Origin: Squalus acanthias
Taxonomy: Eukaryota
Length of the DNA: 64,000 nucleotides
Reading direction: 5' to 3'
Assembly: GCA_030390025.1 (NCBI GenBank)
Contig: CM059432.1
Span: 124,560,001 to 124,624,000, forward strand
The position numbers and the translations under genes are program-made. Of the stretch, positions 12,590 to 26,601 are shown in pieces; position 1 is the first letter of the stretch; every line of letters begins with the position of its first letter. The notes beneath the pieces were generated by a model. It saw nothing but the letters and a program-made list of their open reading frames with translations. It searched no databases and had not been told where the DNA came from.

Positions 12590-14380
12590 CTAATCACCCT
12601 TGTACATTCCCTTAGTCTTCCGTGTGCCTTTGCCTGTCTAGTGCTCCTACGCAGTGCTACCCCAGTGGCTGCAGCATGGCTGGTAGAAGGTTGCTGACTT
12701 TCAGGGGGGGGACACTGCAGATGGCCTTGCAGGATGACCTCAAGCAGCTCTGGGCCTAGAAGGCCCAGCTGCGGACTCCACCATCTCAGCATGGGCGGCT
12801 GGCTGACAGGCAACAGCAAGGGCACTGGCAGAGTGGCAGGGGTGGGAGGACGAATACTGTCATCCTGAGAGAGGACAGCAGGTTTGTGCTCCATGGAGCC
12901 ACTGTCACTCTCCCAGGGGCGACGCCTCAGCAATCCTAGTAATCAGTTGAAGGACAGACTGGTGGACTGCTGTGACACCCTGCAAAACCCTTTGAATAAT
13001 GTAATCGACAGCCATGATGGCAGCAGTCTGAGATTCCACTGCAGCACTCAGACGTTGGGTGGCTGCTGCTTGTGCTGCAATGGAAGGTAAGACATCGGCC
13101 ATCAGACGCTGCATCCTAGTTGGGTCCACAAGTGTGCTAATGGAGTTGTCCACCAGTTCCATGCTGGAAAGGATGGGCTCCAAGCTCTGCACAAAGCCCT
13201 GTGCCAAGTTGGTGCCGGACTCCTCCATGCTCCTTGACATTGCACACAGGCTTTCTGGCAGGCCTGCCAATGGACCAAACATCTCATTGTGCATACCCAT
13301 CAGCCTTCTTCTGTAGCTCGCCCCGTCGAAGTCCTCATCTGAGTCCTCTGCAGCAGAACTCGTGTGCGACCTTGTCCTCCGGCGAGCTGGCACCTGCGCT
13401 ATCCTTGCCCCCTGCCCTGGCTGCAGGCCACTTCTGCCTGGTGTCTCACCATGTGCAGATCCCGCATCTAACCTATCCTCTAAATTACGCACAGTGTCAG
13501 TATCTGAACTGGTGGCTGTGAGTGTGAAATTGAGTGAAGGTGTGTCTTCATCATCACTGTTTTCTTGCTCTTCCACCACTGCCTGCCCAGGTTGCACTTC
13601 TTGGGTATCTGAAAGGAGAATGGCACAAGGGTAAGGTTGTGGTGAGGGGAGGGGGGGAAAGCAAGAGGTGCATGCTTACACCATCTGCAGCTTGTAAATC
13701 AGAAAGGATTGTGGGATGAGGGGGAAGTGCGATGTGAGAAGGACATGCGATGTCAGTAATGGCCGTTCCAATAATGGCCAGCACCATCTCCTCTATGGGG
13801 GTTAAAACATGCAGGTGAGCCTGTCCTCCTGCTCCTGCTGCCTCCCCGTGTGCCACCTTGTCCTGCATGAGAGAGGGAAGTGTGTCAGTGAGTGTGATGC
13901 AATCTGTTTTGGTGATGCGGCTGTCATGGTTGAATAGCTGGCAGTGTGTGCAAGCTGTGAGATGTGGGTGTGAGGCTTGCAGCAATGCTAAGTGTGTGAG
14001 GGTGAGGTGAAGCTAGGGATGTTAGATATGAGTCCTGATTGATAGAGATTATTGGTAGGTGAGTGATGGGGATGTGGTGCATTGAGCAGTGGCTGAGGCT
14101 AGTGGTGCAGTTGGTAGGATATGGCATTTGAAGATGGATTCACTGACCTTGACCATTCGTGTGAGGTCATTGAACTTCTTGGGGCACTGCATCCAGGTCC
14201 TCGAGGCTAAACTCCTGGCATTGACCTCCAGCTATCTGCTCCCACTGCCTTTTGAGCGTGTGTCTGGAGGGTCTCCTGGCCCCCTGCGGGTACAGGACAT
14301 TTCTTGTCCTTTCCACCTCCTCCACCAAAGCCTCCAGTGCAGCGTCCAAAAAGCTTGGAGCAAGCTCTCTCCTATGTTGT
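12590..14380 (-). pseudogene. Harbinger Myb/SANT-like accessory gene (3 exons), disrupted
   Basis: Exon 1 DAALEALVEEVERTRNVLYPQ..W.. with donor at 14148; exon 2 ~13862-13740; exon 3 from ~13610 with QQPSTSHAAAT..LRRS, matching the intact gene at 53982-56032. Confidence 0.8.
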
Positions 14381-14777
14381 GCAATTCTTCACTGTTTCCC
14401 AGGTCAGTTTCACTTCCTACACAACTCTCAGCACCTGCTCTAGCCACAATGCACCGCCCCTCTAAGAGGTGCAGGCTAGGTTTAAGGAATGCAGGCTAGC
14501 TTTAACTGATGCTAGCAAGTTACAATTTTGGGCACCCTACTGATGCGTGTAGCCAATGAACAGTGCGGTTAGCGCTGGCTGCACGCTGAAATCATTATAA
14601 CGAGCAGACTGCATGATGTTGGCATGCTGCCTACATTGCAATCAACGGGCGCCGGTTAATCGCGCATCGCTTTCGAGGGCTATCCAATTTAGCCCCCATC
14701 ATTTTTAAAAGGTTACAAAGCAGGTTAGCTGCAAACTTTCTGGAGTGAATACAAGGGAATCAAGAAGTAAAAACACT

Positions 14778-15110
14778 GGGCTAAAAGTTGGAGTATGCCC
14801 GAATTTTGGGATGATCAGCATGCGGCACATGCTGCGTGCGTGTGCCTAATGAGGCCGCCAGCTTTATTTGTACAGCACCGGCGAACTACAGGTGCTGGCC
14901 ACAGCCCCAGAGGCAGCTCACTGGTGAGGGGGGGAAAGGTGGGGTGGGTAGCAAGATCGGCCGGCTGTGACGCCGGTCAAGCGCCTAAGGTGAGTCCGGG
15001 GTGGGTGGGGGGTGACAATTGGGAGGGAGGCGAGCGGTGGCCAGCAGCGGCCTGCAGTTTTAAGGTAAAGTTGGAAGGAGCACTCCTGCTCATCCTGGTC
15101 CACATTAAGG
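14778..15110. mobile_element. Left part of a Harbinger-type MITE
   Basis: Begins GGGCTAAAAGTTGG; GC-rich; cut off by the Penelope-like fragment. Confidence 0.45.
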
Positions 15111-15111
15111 T

Positions 15112-15385
15112 ATGATGTGGAGATGCCGGTGTTGGACTGGGGTGGACAAATGTGAGAAGTCGCACAACACCAGGTTATAGTCCAACAGCTTTATTTGAAA
15201 TCACAAGCTTTCGGAGCTGCTGCCCCTTCGTCAGGTGAAGTGAAGAGATGCATATAGGCACAGCATATATAGTCAGAGAACACTGCCAGATAATTACAGT
15301 TAATCTTTCTAACTGCCCTTTATCACACCTCGGCAGAGAGATAATCACGGCAATCAAAGGTGTGGATGGTGTCCAAACAGGTCAG
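15112..15385 (-). mobile_element. Penelope-like element terminal (pseudo-LTR) fragment
   Basis: Near-identical inverted match to 57430-57556; contains hammerhead-like core followed by AATAAA. Confidence 0.75.
15201..15238 (-). ncRNA. Minimal type I hammerhead ribozyme motif
   Basis: Minus strand TCAC-CTGACGA-A-GGGGC-AGCA-GCTCC-GAAA-GCTT-GTGA: core boxes, helix II, helix I TCAC/GTGA, palindromic AAGCTT. Confidence 0.7.
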
Positions 15386-15721
15386 TACTAATTCATCCAC
15401 ATATTGCATGAGACTCAGCTGCATCCTTTGTTGGTGCCACTGTCAGTACTAAAAGTTTATTTGGTGGCTAGGCAATTACTTTGTTGATTATTTTGGATAG
15501 CTAGATCTTAAAACTATACAAAAATAAAAGACAGATATTTCTGTTTTTGACACAGATTATGTTGGGAAAATGTTGTCTTAACATGAGTGATTGGTCAACT
15601 GGGTAGATAGACAGTCCCTGTTTCTAGGCAATGTTTTATCGAAGAAATCTGGGCCTAACTGATGGGTTGGTTTGCGCCTCTCGTTAGCGCCCCCATATAA
15701 TGTATGCAAATTTTAAAAAAT

Positions 15722-18700
15722 ATTATTCGTTTATGGGATGTGGGCATCGCTGGCAAGGTCAGTATTTATTGCCCATCCCTAATTGCCCTTGCGAAGATGG
15801 TGGTGAGCCACCTTCTTGAATTGCTGCAGTCCATGTGGCGAAGGTACTCCCACAGTGCTGTTAGCGATGGAGTTCCAGGATTTTGACCCACCGACGATGA
15901 AGGATCGGCGATATACTTCTAAGTCAGGATGGTGTGTGACTTGGAGGGGAACTTGGAGGTGGTGGTGTTCCCATGCACCTGCTGCCCTTGTCCTTCGAGG
16001 TGGAAGAGGTCGCGGGTTTGGGAGGTGCTGCCGAAGAAGCCTTGGCGAGTTGCTGCAGTGCATCTTGTAGATGGTACACACTGCAGCCATGGTGCGCAGG
16101 TGGTGGAAGGAGTGAATGTTTAAGGTGGTGGATGGGGTGCAAATCAAGCGGGCTGCTTTGTCCTGGATGGTGTCGAGCTTCTTGAGTATTATTGGATCTG
16201 CACTCATCCAGGCAAGTGGAGAGTATTCCATCACACTCCTTACTTGTGCCTTGTAGATGGTGGAAAGGCTTTGGAGAGTCAGGAGGTGAGACACTCGCCG
16301 CAGAATACCTAGCCTCTGACCTGCTCTTGTTGCCACAGTATTTATGTGGCTGGTCCAGTTAAGTTTCTGGTCAATGGTGACCCCCAGGATGTTGATGGTG
16401 GGGGGTTTCGGCAATGGTAATGCCGTTGAATGTCAAGGGGCGGTGGTTAGACTCTTGCTTGTTGGAGATAGTCATTGCCTGGCACTTCTGTGGCACGAAT
16501 GTTACCTGCCACTTATCAGCCCAAGCCTGAACGTCGTCCAGGTCTGGTTGCAGGCGGGCATGGGCTGCTTCATTATCTGAGGAGTTGTGAATGGCACTGA
16601 ACACTGTGCAGTCATCAGCGAACATCCCCATTTCTGACCTTATGTTGGAGGGAAGGTCATTGATGAAGCAGTTGAAGATGGTTGGGCCTAGGACACTGCC
16701 CTGAGGAAGGAAACCCTGCAGCGATGTCCTGGGGCTGTGAGGATTGACCTTCAACCACCACAACCATCTTCCTTTGTGCTAGGTATAAATCCAGCCAGTG
16801 GAGAGTTTTCCCCCCAATTCCCATTGACTTCAGGTTTAGTCAGGGCTCCTTGATGCCACACTCGATCAAATGCTACCTTGATGTCAAGGGCAGTCACTCT
16901 CACCTCACCTCTGGAATTCAGCTCCTTTGTCCATGTTTGGACCAAGGCTGTAATGAAGTCGGGAGCCGAGTGGTCTTGGCGAAACCCAAACTGGGCATTA
17001 GTGAGCAGGTTATTGGTGAGTAAGTGCCGCTTGATATTACTGTTGATGACACCTTCCATGTCTTTGCTGATGATTGAGAGTAGACTGATGGGGTGGTGAT
17101 TGGCCAGATTGGATTTGTCCTGCTTTTTGTGGACAGGACATACCTGGACAGTTTTCCACATTGTCGGATAGATGCCAGTGTTGTTGCTGTATTGGAACAG
17201 CTTGGCTAGAGGCGCAGCTAGTTCTGGAGCACAAGTCTTCAGCACAATAGCCGGGATGTTGTCAGGGCCCATAGCCTTTGCTGTATCCAGTGCGCTCAGC
17301 CATTTCTTGGTATCACATGGAGTGAATCGAATTGGCTGAAGACTGGCTTCTGTGATGGTGGGGACCTCAGGAGGAGGCCGATATGGATCATCCACTCAGC
17401 AATTTCCGGCTGAAGATAGTTGCAAACGCTTCAGCTTTGTCTTTTGCACTCATGTGCTGGGCTGCACGATCATCGAGGATGGGGATATTCATAGAGCCTC
17501 CTCCTCCCATTAGTTGTTTAATGGTCCACCACCATTCACGACTGGATGTGGCAGGACTGCAGAGCTTTGATCTGATCCGTTGATTGTGGGATCGCTTAGC
17601 TCTGTCTATAGCATGCTGCTTCCGCTTTTTAGCATCTATGTAGTCCTGCTGTTGCAGCTTCCACAGGTTGGCACCTCATTTTTAGGTATGTTTGGTGCTG
17701 CTCCTTGCATGCTCTTCTACACTCCTTATTGAACCAGGGTTGGTCCCCTGGCTTGATGGTAATGGTAGAGTGAAGGATATGCCGGGCCACGAGTTTACAG
17801 ATTGTGCTGGAATACAATTCTGCTGCTGCTGCTGATGGCCCACAGATTCCCATTTTTGAGCAGCTACATCTGTTCTGAATCTATCCCATTTAGCATGGTG
17901 GTAGTGCCACACAACACGATGGAGGGTGTCCTCAGTGTGAAGACGGGACTTCATCTCCACAATGACTGTGCGGTGGTCACTGCTACAATACTGTCATGGA
18001 CAGATGCATCTGTGACAGATAGATTGGTGAGGACGAGGTCAAGTAGGTTTTTCCCTCGTGTTGGTTCTCTCACCACCTGTCACAGGCCCAGACTGGCAGT
18101 TAAGTCCTTCAGGTCTCGGCCAGCTCGGTCAGTAATGGTGCTACCGAGCCACTCTTGGTGATGGACATTGAAGTCCCCCACCCAGAGTACATTCTGTGCC
18201 CTTGCTACTCTCAGTGCTTCTTCCAAGTGGTGTTCAACATGGAGGAGTACTGATTCATCAGCGGAGGGAGGGCGGTAGGTGGTAATCAGCAGGATGGTTC
18301 CTTGCCCATTCTTGACCTGAAGCCATCAGTCTTCATGGGGTCCGGAGTCAATGTTGAGGACTCCCAGGGCCACTCCTTCCCAACTGTATACCACTGTGCC
18401 ACCACCCCTGGTGGGTCTGTCCTGCGGTGGGTCAGGACATACCCAGGGATGGTGATGGAGGAGTTTGGGACATTGGCTGAAAGGGATGATTCTGTCAGGC
18501 TGTTGCTTGACTAGTCTGTGGGACAACTCTCCCAATTTTGGCACAAGTCCCCAGATGTTGGTGAGGAGGACCTTGCAGGGTTGACTGGCTGGGTGTGCCG
18601 TTGCCATGTCTGTAGCCGGTGCCGAGGTCGATGTCGGCTGGTCCGTCCAGTTTCATTCTTATTATTGTGTTTAGTAGTGGTTTGTTACAACTGAGTGGCT

Positions 18701-19013
18701 TGCTAGGCCATTTCAGAGCGCAGTTAAAAGTCAACCACATTGCTGTGGGTCTGGAGTCACATGTAGGCCATACCAGGAAAGGGCGGCTGATTTCCTTCCC
18801 TAAAGGACATTAGTGAACCAGATGGGTTTTTACGACAATCCAATAGTTTCATGGTTACCATTACTGATACTAGCTTTTTATTCCAGATTTATTTAATTAA
18901 CTGAATTTAAATTCCCCAGCTGCTGTGGTGGGATTTGAACTCACATCTCTGGATCATTAGTCCAGGCCTCTGGATTACTAGCCCAGTGACATTATCACTA
19001 TGCTACCGTTCCC
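15722..19013 (-). mobile_element. tRNA-headed, ORF1-less APE-RT retroelement (CR1-group-like ORF2), copy 1
   Basis: A box 18995-19005, B box 18931-18940; NIWGL APE start, [26 protein letters not shown]; 3' tail GGGATGGGCAATAAA..CCCACATCCCAT; colinear with 28031-31216. Confidence 0.9.
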
Positions 19014-20283
19014 ATTAAAATTGTAATGTGTTAGTTATGCTTTATTTATGTTGAAAGAAAAGCAGTGCAGTGTTTTACCTGTCTGGGAGGCAATATGAGC
19101 TCCGTGTATAGCCTACTATGGCTGGTGCTATCGTGAAATGTCATGTTGTGTGTATTAAAGGCAGGAGCTCTTCCTTTCTGCCTTGAGTCATGGTAGAAAA
19201 ATGTGAGCAAATTTATGGTTCATCTGCATCTAGTCATGTGCAAATAGGTCTGACGAAGACACTGTGGTGATGTACTGTACTACTGGGTCATCAAAATACT
19301 GGAGTTGATGTATCTGCATGCAAGATGTTACAATAGAACTTGTAAAAGTGCATCCCAATGCTGCCAAGCATGAGCATGTATTAGTGAGACAATGTGCACT
19401 GCATGGGGTAACTGAATGATTGGCAACATGATTCTGCCTGTGATCGAAATGGAGAGGGAAACTGTTACAATTTCATTGGCCTTTAATATAGTCTTTAGAT
19501 CTATTACTGACACTGTCACTTCACGGTACAAAGTAATCATTGGTTTGCTCTCTGCAGCAGTTATCCCTGAGGCAACCATCATTCCCAAGGCTTGTATATT
19601 CTTTCATCTTTCACATTTCCAGCGGGGACACAGACTGATGCTGACTGGACTGACATCAAACTTTCATCTTGAGAGAATCTGTTATTCAAATATGAGGGTT
19701 GGGAATCACAGAGTTAAATGGTATTATTTACATTATATCATGACATTATTGTTGATCTACTGAGGTTTGGTGCTTTAATGATAAGCTTGCTGGATATTGT
19801 AATGTTCTGGGTGAAGGTGGTTGAATGGTTGATAGATCTTAATGTACACTGCATGATTTAACAAATCACAGAAGCCTTCTGGTATACATTCAAGTTTTCT
19901 GGCTTCACTAACAGACCAGATGTCTGATTTTGTGACGCCTCCCCTAGCACACAGAGGAGAAAGACAAGTTCCTTTAGCCACTTCAACTGTTGTTGGTCAC
20001 AGTTCTTCTGCAGCAAGCACAACCTTCGTCACAACAGAAGTCCTCCACCCCATAAAGAAAGAAATATCCTCCCTCCCCTCATCAATCATACCCTTGGCCA
20101 AACTTTTGTGTGCAGGGAGTCTACTAAAATGAGGAAGAAGCCAAGCCTCAGAAAGGTTTGGCAAGGACACCCACCTTGGTGCTGGCACAGGCTTGCACAT
20201 GTCACAGACAAGGTGCTGCTCTGGTTTTATCAACATTGCAAAACCAGAGCTTAGACAGCAAGAAATTCTTGAATAAGCCATTT

Positions 20284-20467
20284 GCGTTAATTTTAACTTT
20301 TATCGCCGGGGTAAGAATGCATGATATCAAATCGGCCACCTCTGTCACACTCTGTTACACTCTGTCTGATTTTCTTTTCCATTGAAGTCAATGGAAATGA
20401 GAATCAGGTAAGGTATAAAACAGGCAGCCGTTTTTTTTCACCTGCCGATAAAAGTTAAAATTACCCC
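20284..20467. mobile_element. Short palindromic Harbinger-type MITE
   Basis: TAATTTTAACTTTTATCG / CGATAAAAGTTAAAATTA inverted ends; central TTTCCATTGAAGTCAATGGAAA. Confidence 0.7.
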
Positions 20468-20559
20468 CATTATTTCTGCATTTGTTGACAAAATATCAAG
20501 CTACGTGTAAACAGGAGAGAGTAATCAATTTACCCATTTTGCAGGCTCGTTTCAAACTA

Positions 20560-21250
20560 GTCAATCTCAGCTTCATATGAAAGCTTTAGTCACAGTCTAC
20601 TGTGGTTGATGCTGGGGAATCCATTTTCAGATAAGAAGGAAGTCAGGTGGAAAAGTTTCACCCAAAAAGCAGAGGTACAAAGTATACAGAGTAGGACATC
20701 GAGGAAAATTTTAGGTTTGGGATCAGGGAGAAGAGGAGGACATACCCCATGTTTAAAAAAATTCAGGTGGGCGCCAGGGAACACCTATTTCTCATTTCCC
20801 CCTACACTCCAGCATAAGTTGCACCTATGTCACAGGGTAATAGAATAAGTTGCCATGTAATGCCTTAGAAGCAGACAGTAAGCATTGGTCACTTTACTTA
20901 TGGTCACCCTTATAAAGTAGCTCATTGACAATAGTAGCCACACTTCACAGTCCCAACCAACAGGATTAATGTGGAAGGAGGCAAGATAGTTTTCTCAATG
21001 TGTTTGACAAGTGCTGGCTCTTTACAAAACCAGTTTGATCCTCATTGATAATATAAGAATATAAAAGCATGGAACAAGGGAAGGTCATTTGGCTCATCAA
21101 GGTTCTTCTTCCACAAACCGTGTACAATCTGCACATCATAGACTTTCCCAACTTCTTTAATCTCCTGAGGGAAATTTCCATCATTGATACAATTGATATA
21201 AATTCCAGAATATCTATCTATCCCCATTTCTCCATTATGACAGGGCCTTG
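20560..21250 (-). mobile_element. Old L1/Tx1-like RT fragment
   Basis: IINEDQTGFVKSQHLSNTLRKL resembles the L1 RT 'II..DQTGF..R...NIR.L' block; highly degraded. Confidence 0.5.
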
Positions 21251-21258
21251 AGAAATAT

Positions 21259-22870
21259 TGAACTAGAAATTCGAACCTTTAGCGCCAGCCGTTAAGGCCA
21301 GTCTTGAAGGGAAAATGGCAGCCGCCTCGCTTCCACCCACTTCCGGCACGGAACGCAGCGGCCGCCATGTTGGGCAGGTTGGCAGCGCTGCCGTTGCCTG
21401 CGCTCGCCGCAAGTATTTTAATTACCAGGAGCGTGACGTCAATTGGTGTGCAACGCCAAATTGATGCCGCGCAGCGATTTTGGACCTCCCCTCTCCTCTT
21501 ACCGGCCTCTCCAAAGCACGCCCGTGCATGCAGCCATTGACAGTGCATAGAGCCGGGAGAAAGCGGCGTTGAGCTATAATCCGTACAGTAAACAACGGCT
21601 GAGATAACTGGTAACAATGGAGAGCTCAGACTATGTAATTGGAGTGGAAACTGCTTCCAATGAGATGCATCAAATCTCCCCCCGGTCAGAACATTACAAG
21701 AGGTAAATACTTTTAAAATAAAATGTACTGTACTACAGTTGTAATAATCTCAGGAAAAAAATCAAAGCTGCATTTCCTTACATTTTATAAATTGGGTTTT
21801 CTAGTTTAGGAACTGATAAAATACTATGCAAAGTTTTGAAGTCTGTTTTTAAAAGGCCAAGGGGTAAAAATTGAGTCGCGCCCCATTTGGGGCGCTAACC
21901 TCGCCGGGGCGCGACTTTTAGCGCCCCGAAAAAATTAGCGTCCCCGCGCCGGAACTTCAGTGGTTGCGCCCCAAGAGGGAAGCGGGGCGCCACTGGAAGC
22001 ACCCCGCATCCCTCTTGGGGCGCTGCGAGTGAATATCCTGGCGCTACGTGCCGCAGCGCCATGCGCTGCGGCACGTCGCGCCGCGGTATTGCAGGCCTTC
22101 CTCCCCTTCTTAAAGGGGAGGGACCCTGCGCAGCGCGAACCGGGGCCCAGCTGGGCCCCCAGGGATCGGGAGTGCCGGCAAAAGAGCCCGGCACTCAAGA
22201 GAAGTGCCGGGCTCTTGGAGCGCAGCCGGCACTTCACGGTGGGGGGGCTTCACGGGGGCCGGGGACAGCAACGGGGGCAGGTGCTGGCAGGCGGCCAGCA
22301 ACAAAAATGGCCGCCTGCCACCTCCCCTTTAAATATCGCCGCCCCGGCCGCACGTACGCCTCCCTGAACCCGTCGGACATAGCGTCTGGCGGTAAATCAG
22401 GGGGCGCGACTGAAGATCACGGCCGGGGCGCGAGCGGGGTGCTGCGCACGGCGATGACGTCATCGCCGGCGGCGCAGCGCCACAGGGCGCTACTGGCTGC
22501 CGCCGCCGCTAACCTCCCACTAAATTTTTCGGGAGGCGTGGGCGGCGCTGCGCCCGGGTGTTAGCTGCTTTACGCCCCATTAGCGCCCTCTTAAGGCGCT
22601 AACGGGAGGCGCAAGCAGCTGAATTTTTCCCCCCAAGAATTAAGGAAAATTTAACACCATTTTCTCACCAAGGGATCTTCAAAAGTCTGTTGTTGTTAAA
22701 AATTTGGAAATGTACTGTTAATAGTTGACTGCCCGAGAACGCCGCACCAGTCCTTTAGACGCGACCTTCAGCCGCCTGCTGATGTTACCGCCGGAAAGAG
22801 AGCATTACACAGGAGCTTCTGCGCTGCACTCATTTAAATCAGCAAGCAGCACCAAAACATCGGCTTAATT
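21259..22870. mobile_element. Older GC-rich Harbinger-type non-autonomous element hosting the 21861 MITE
   Basis: Starts ..CTAGAAATTCG; CpG-rich subterminal region; right boundary uncertain. Confidence 0.4.
21861..22633 (-). mobile_element. MITE derived from the family of the intact Harbinger at 52064-56389
   Basis: TIR GGGGTAAAAATT / AATTTTTCCCCC, CAA TSD; both subterminal regions match the autonomous element in opposite orientation. Confidence 0.9.
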
Positions 22871-24661
22871 AAACACTTATCTTCATGCTGCCAAAGAAAG
22901 GAACGGATCCTATATTGCATACACAGTGGCTACAGGCCTAGCTTGCTGCTGAATAGCAATGGTTAAACTATTTCCAAAATTATGTTCTTTTCTGCTGTTG
23001 ACTCTAACTGCCTGCCCATCCTCGCACAGCCAATATAAATCTTATACCTCTGTAAAAAGAGATACACTACTAAAGATCAGTCAAAGTGTAGGACAGAAAC
23101 CACAAAGCTATTGCATAAAATTAACCTTTGGGCTGATGCCAAGGTTGTTTCTATGAATAACCCAGACATATGTATACATATAAACATGTGAATTTCTTGC
23201 ACCTTTTTCTGATTTGCATGGATTTGCCATTTTGGCCAACAGTAACATTCCCAGGCTCAAATCATCTGTGCCATTTCAATGGAGGAGTTCAACTGGTTAT
23301 ATTAAATCACCCATGACTCTTTCATTATAAACCACAGAATGCCTCACACAAAACTAACCATCTCTCCAACTCCATAAATACCGTTTTTTATACCCTGTCA
23401 TTAAATTCCGAAGACTCCCACTTTTTCTCACTAAACACAGTGCATTAGTAATGTAGTATCTCAGGGTTCTACGGCACATTCTTTTTTGTATCTGCTTTGC
23501 AAGAAATTGCTGCCTCCACTTCGCTGATCCTGACGTTCATTTTATGAACTCAGCATGTATCTCACGTGTAATGTTCATATTAGTCAACAGCAGAATGTAC
23601 CCAAAGCTTTCTTTCCACCATTCCACCCAGGCTCACGATCTGCTACTCTCCTGGCACATGAGCATGAATAGCCAGCCCCCTTCTGCCAGCTTCTATTAAC
23701 AATTCAACAAGGCATGAGGCCATTTGTAAATGGTACCTTTTTTACTCAGGCTCTTAATGAAGATTTCAATTATGTTCTGGCGCGCTTTGGTCTATAATTC
23801 ACTCGATTTACAGAACTAATTGCTGCACAAACATTCAGCTACATGCCTTGCAAGCTAAGGCTGACTCTATGCTATACTTATATTTATACTCGAATAACAA
23901 AGGAATTATATTTGATATTCAGACATTAATTAGTAGGAAACGAAGTGGCTAAGCACAGACTAAAAAACGTTCTTTTGCTTTTCTTTTGCTAATTATGGCA
24001 CTCTGGTCATAATAGGAACACAGTAACTCAACAGGAAATCGAGGATGAGGCTCATCATATTGCTATGGCATACTATTTCTTGTAGCTGATGATTTAATCT
24101 GTAATACAATAATACTATGGTTGCATATTCAAAACAGTATATTGTAAAATTAATGTGATGCTGGTATGATCAAATCAACCTATGCAGTGTAACTGACATT
24201 CCTAAGTGTAATTATTATTTCAGTTAGAAAGTTAAGGTAGTTACTGAGATTATGCTTGGGGGGGGGGGGAGGAAAATGTCTATCAGAAGCTGATTAGAGA
24301 CAGCAGAGCTGTGACACAATCAGAGTTGACAATGAGTGTGGTCAAGGACAAGAATGAATCCAACCAGTACAAACAGAATGAAGAATGAAAGCAATCAAGA
24401 TCACAAATGAGTGTGATCTCTATAAGTAGAGGCAAAATTGAGTCAGATCAGTGCAATAACAATAGCAGAAATATTGCCAAAGATTAATGCGCTTAGTGCT
24501 GGCAAGTTAGCTGTTAACAAAGTATAAAATCAGTTTGGGCTCCAGCAATACCTCGAATGGTAAATACACTGAATTTATTCATACAGATCAGGAAGGTTAC
24601 AGATTCAATCCCCAGTCTAAGTCAATTGTTCTCAAGGGGGTAGCAGTCAAAACACTACAAT

Positions 24662-25012
24662 GACATAACATAAAATCATAAGAATTAGGAGCAGGAGAAG
24701 GCCATACAGTCCCTTGAGCCTGTTCCACCATTCAATAAGATCATGGCTGATCTTCTACATCAACTCCACTTTCCCACCCGATCTCCATATCCCTTGATTC
24801 CCTTATAGTCCAAAAATCTATCTATCTCAGTCTTGAATATACTCAACGACTCAGCATGCACAGCCCTCTGGGGTAGAGAATTTCAAAGATTCACCGCCCT
24901 CTGAGTGAAGAAATTTCTCCTCATCTCAGTCCTAAATGGCCAACCCCTTCTCCTGAGACTATGCCCCCTAGATCTAGACTCTCTAGCCAGGAGAAACAGC
25001 CTCTCAGCATCT
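24662..25012 (-). mobile_element. CR1 3' end fragment
   Basis: RGHSL..FRTEMRRNFFTQRAVNL plus CR1 3' UTR. Confidence 0.85.
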
Positions 25013-26149
25013 ATTAGTCTTAGTGTCATTTGGTTAGGGAGGATGGGGAACAGTAGTCTGGGTTCCTTTTTCTGATCAGTATTCAGTGATTCATGCTTCA
25101 AAGTGCATGTATGTGGCAACTCACGAGGACAAAGTTTGAGCTCAGCTGTGCTGCTGAACACCCCGTGAATACTCTAGGCTCCCACATGAAGTATGCTCAC
25201 TCAGCTGAAGTCCCAGAGGTTGGACGGCACCCCTTGAACTGTACCCCAGCGTCAGTTTGCAGCTTCAGAGGAGGAAGTCAGAATAATTTGTCTGAAAAAA
25301 AATCTATAATTTGTCTGCAAAGATTGACAGTAACCTATGAAGGTCAACAGCTCCTTTATTACTTCGCTGTTTGAGATATTTGCTCAGCTGGTCCGTGTCA
25401 TTTGTGAGGTACTGCATAGCGCTATTCTTGCATTCATTTGGAATATTAGATAATTTTTCTGCACACATCATAAATTAGATTTATCTCATTTCATTTTACC
25501 CTGAAGCATTTTCATGGATCTTGTAATCATTGTCATCTAAGTGAAAACTTTAAAATGTTAAATGTTACATAGAATTTACAACATAGAAACAGGCCATTCG
25601 GCCCCTCTCGTAAACTTAACTTTCACAAGTCGTTATTAATTTTGCAATTGAAGGTATTTTCATCTAAATGCAACTTTTGTATACGGTGATCACAATGTAG
25701 GATTGCAAGTACTTTTATTTTGCCTGAGATGTATACACAGACGTGTATGAAGGGTCAAGAGAACACAGCTTTGACTGATGATGATAAATTTTCATTTCTC
25801 TTAAAGACTGTTGACAAGGGAGATATAAAATTAATATGTATAGGGTTCATTCTGCAATAAATTCACTTGAGGTTAAGGTTTATGGAGCCTTCATTGTATT
25901 ATTCTTTTTACTAGAGACCACCAGTAGTGTAGGATCGAGATAAAAATTCTCACTGATGCACCATTGTACTTGCTGCATACATTTTTTAATCAAATTAAAA
26001 TACACTACTCTGTTAGAATGTAAATGACTAGGTTTGGTATTTATATAAAATTGCTAAATCATCAGTTTCAATTTGTCTATTTCAGTTTTGAGGCACATTT
26101 TAGGAAATGTCATAAATTAGGTTAAAGTAAATGATGTTCAATAGATGTA

Positions 26150-26601
26150 GACTTGTCACATTAAATGTACAGCACAAAAACAGGCCATTCGACCTAACTG
26201 GTCCATGCCGGTGTTTATGCTCCACACGAGCCTCCTCCCATCCCTCATCATCTAACCCTACTTCTATTCCTTTCTCCCTCATGTGTTTTATCGAGCTTCT
26301 CCTTAAACTCATCTATGCTATTCGCCTCAACTACTCCCTGTGGTAGCGGGTTCCACATTCTAACCAGTCTCTGGGTTCAGAGGTTTCCCCTGAATTACCT
26401 ATTGGATTTACTAGTGACGATCTTATATTTATGAGCTCCAGTTTTGGACACCCCGCAAGTGGAAACATCTTCTCTACGTCTACCCTGTCAAACTCTTTCA
26501 TAATCTTAAAGAACGCTATCAGGTCGCTCCTCAGCATTCTCTTTTCTAGAGAAAAGAGCCTCAGCCTGTTCAGCCTTTCCTGATAAGTGTATCCTCTCAG
26601 C
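26150..26601 (-). mobile_element. CR1 3' end fragment
   Basis: YQERLNRLRLFSLEKRMLRSDLI; inverted match to 8115-8560. Confidence 0.85.

Larger units (their letters stand above)
10793..14697. mobile_element. Full-length but decayed autonomous PIF/Harbinger transposon
   Basis: Imperfect TIRs (CGGCGCGAAATTGG / CCAATTTAGCCCCC), ATC on both flanks, convergent transposase and Myb-like genes. Confidence 0.85.
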
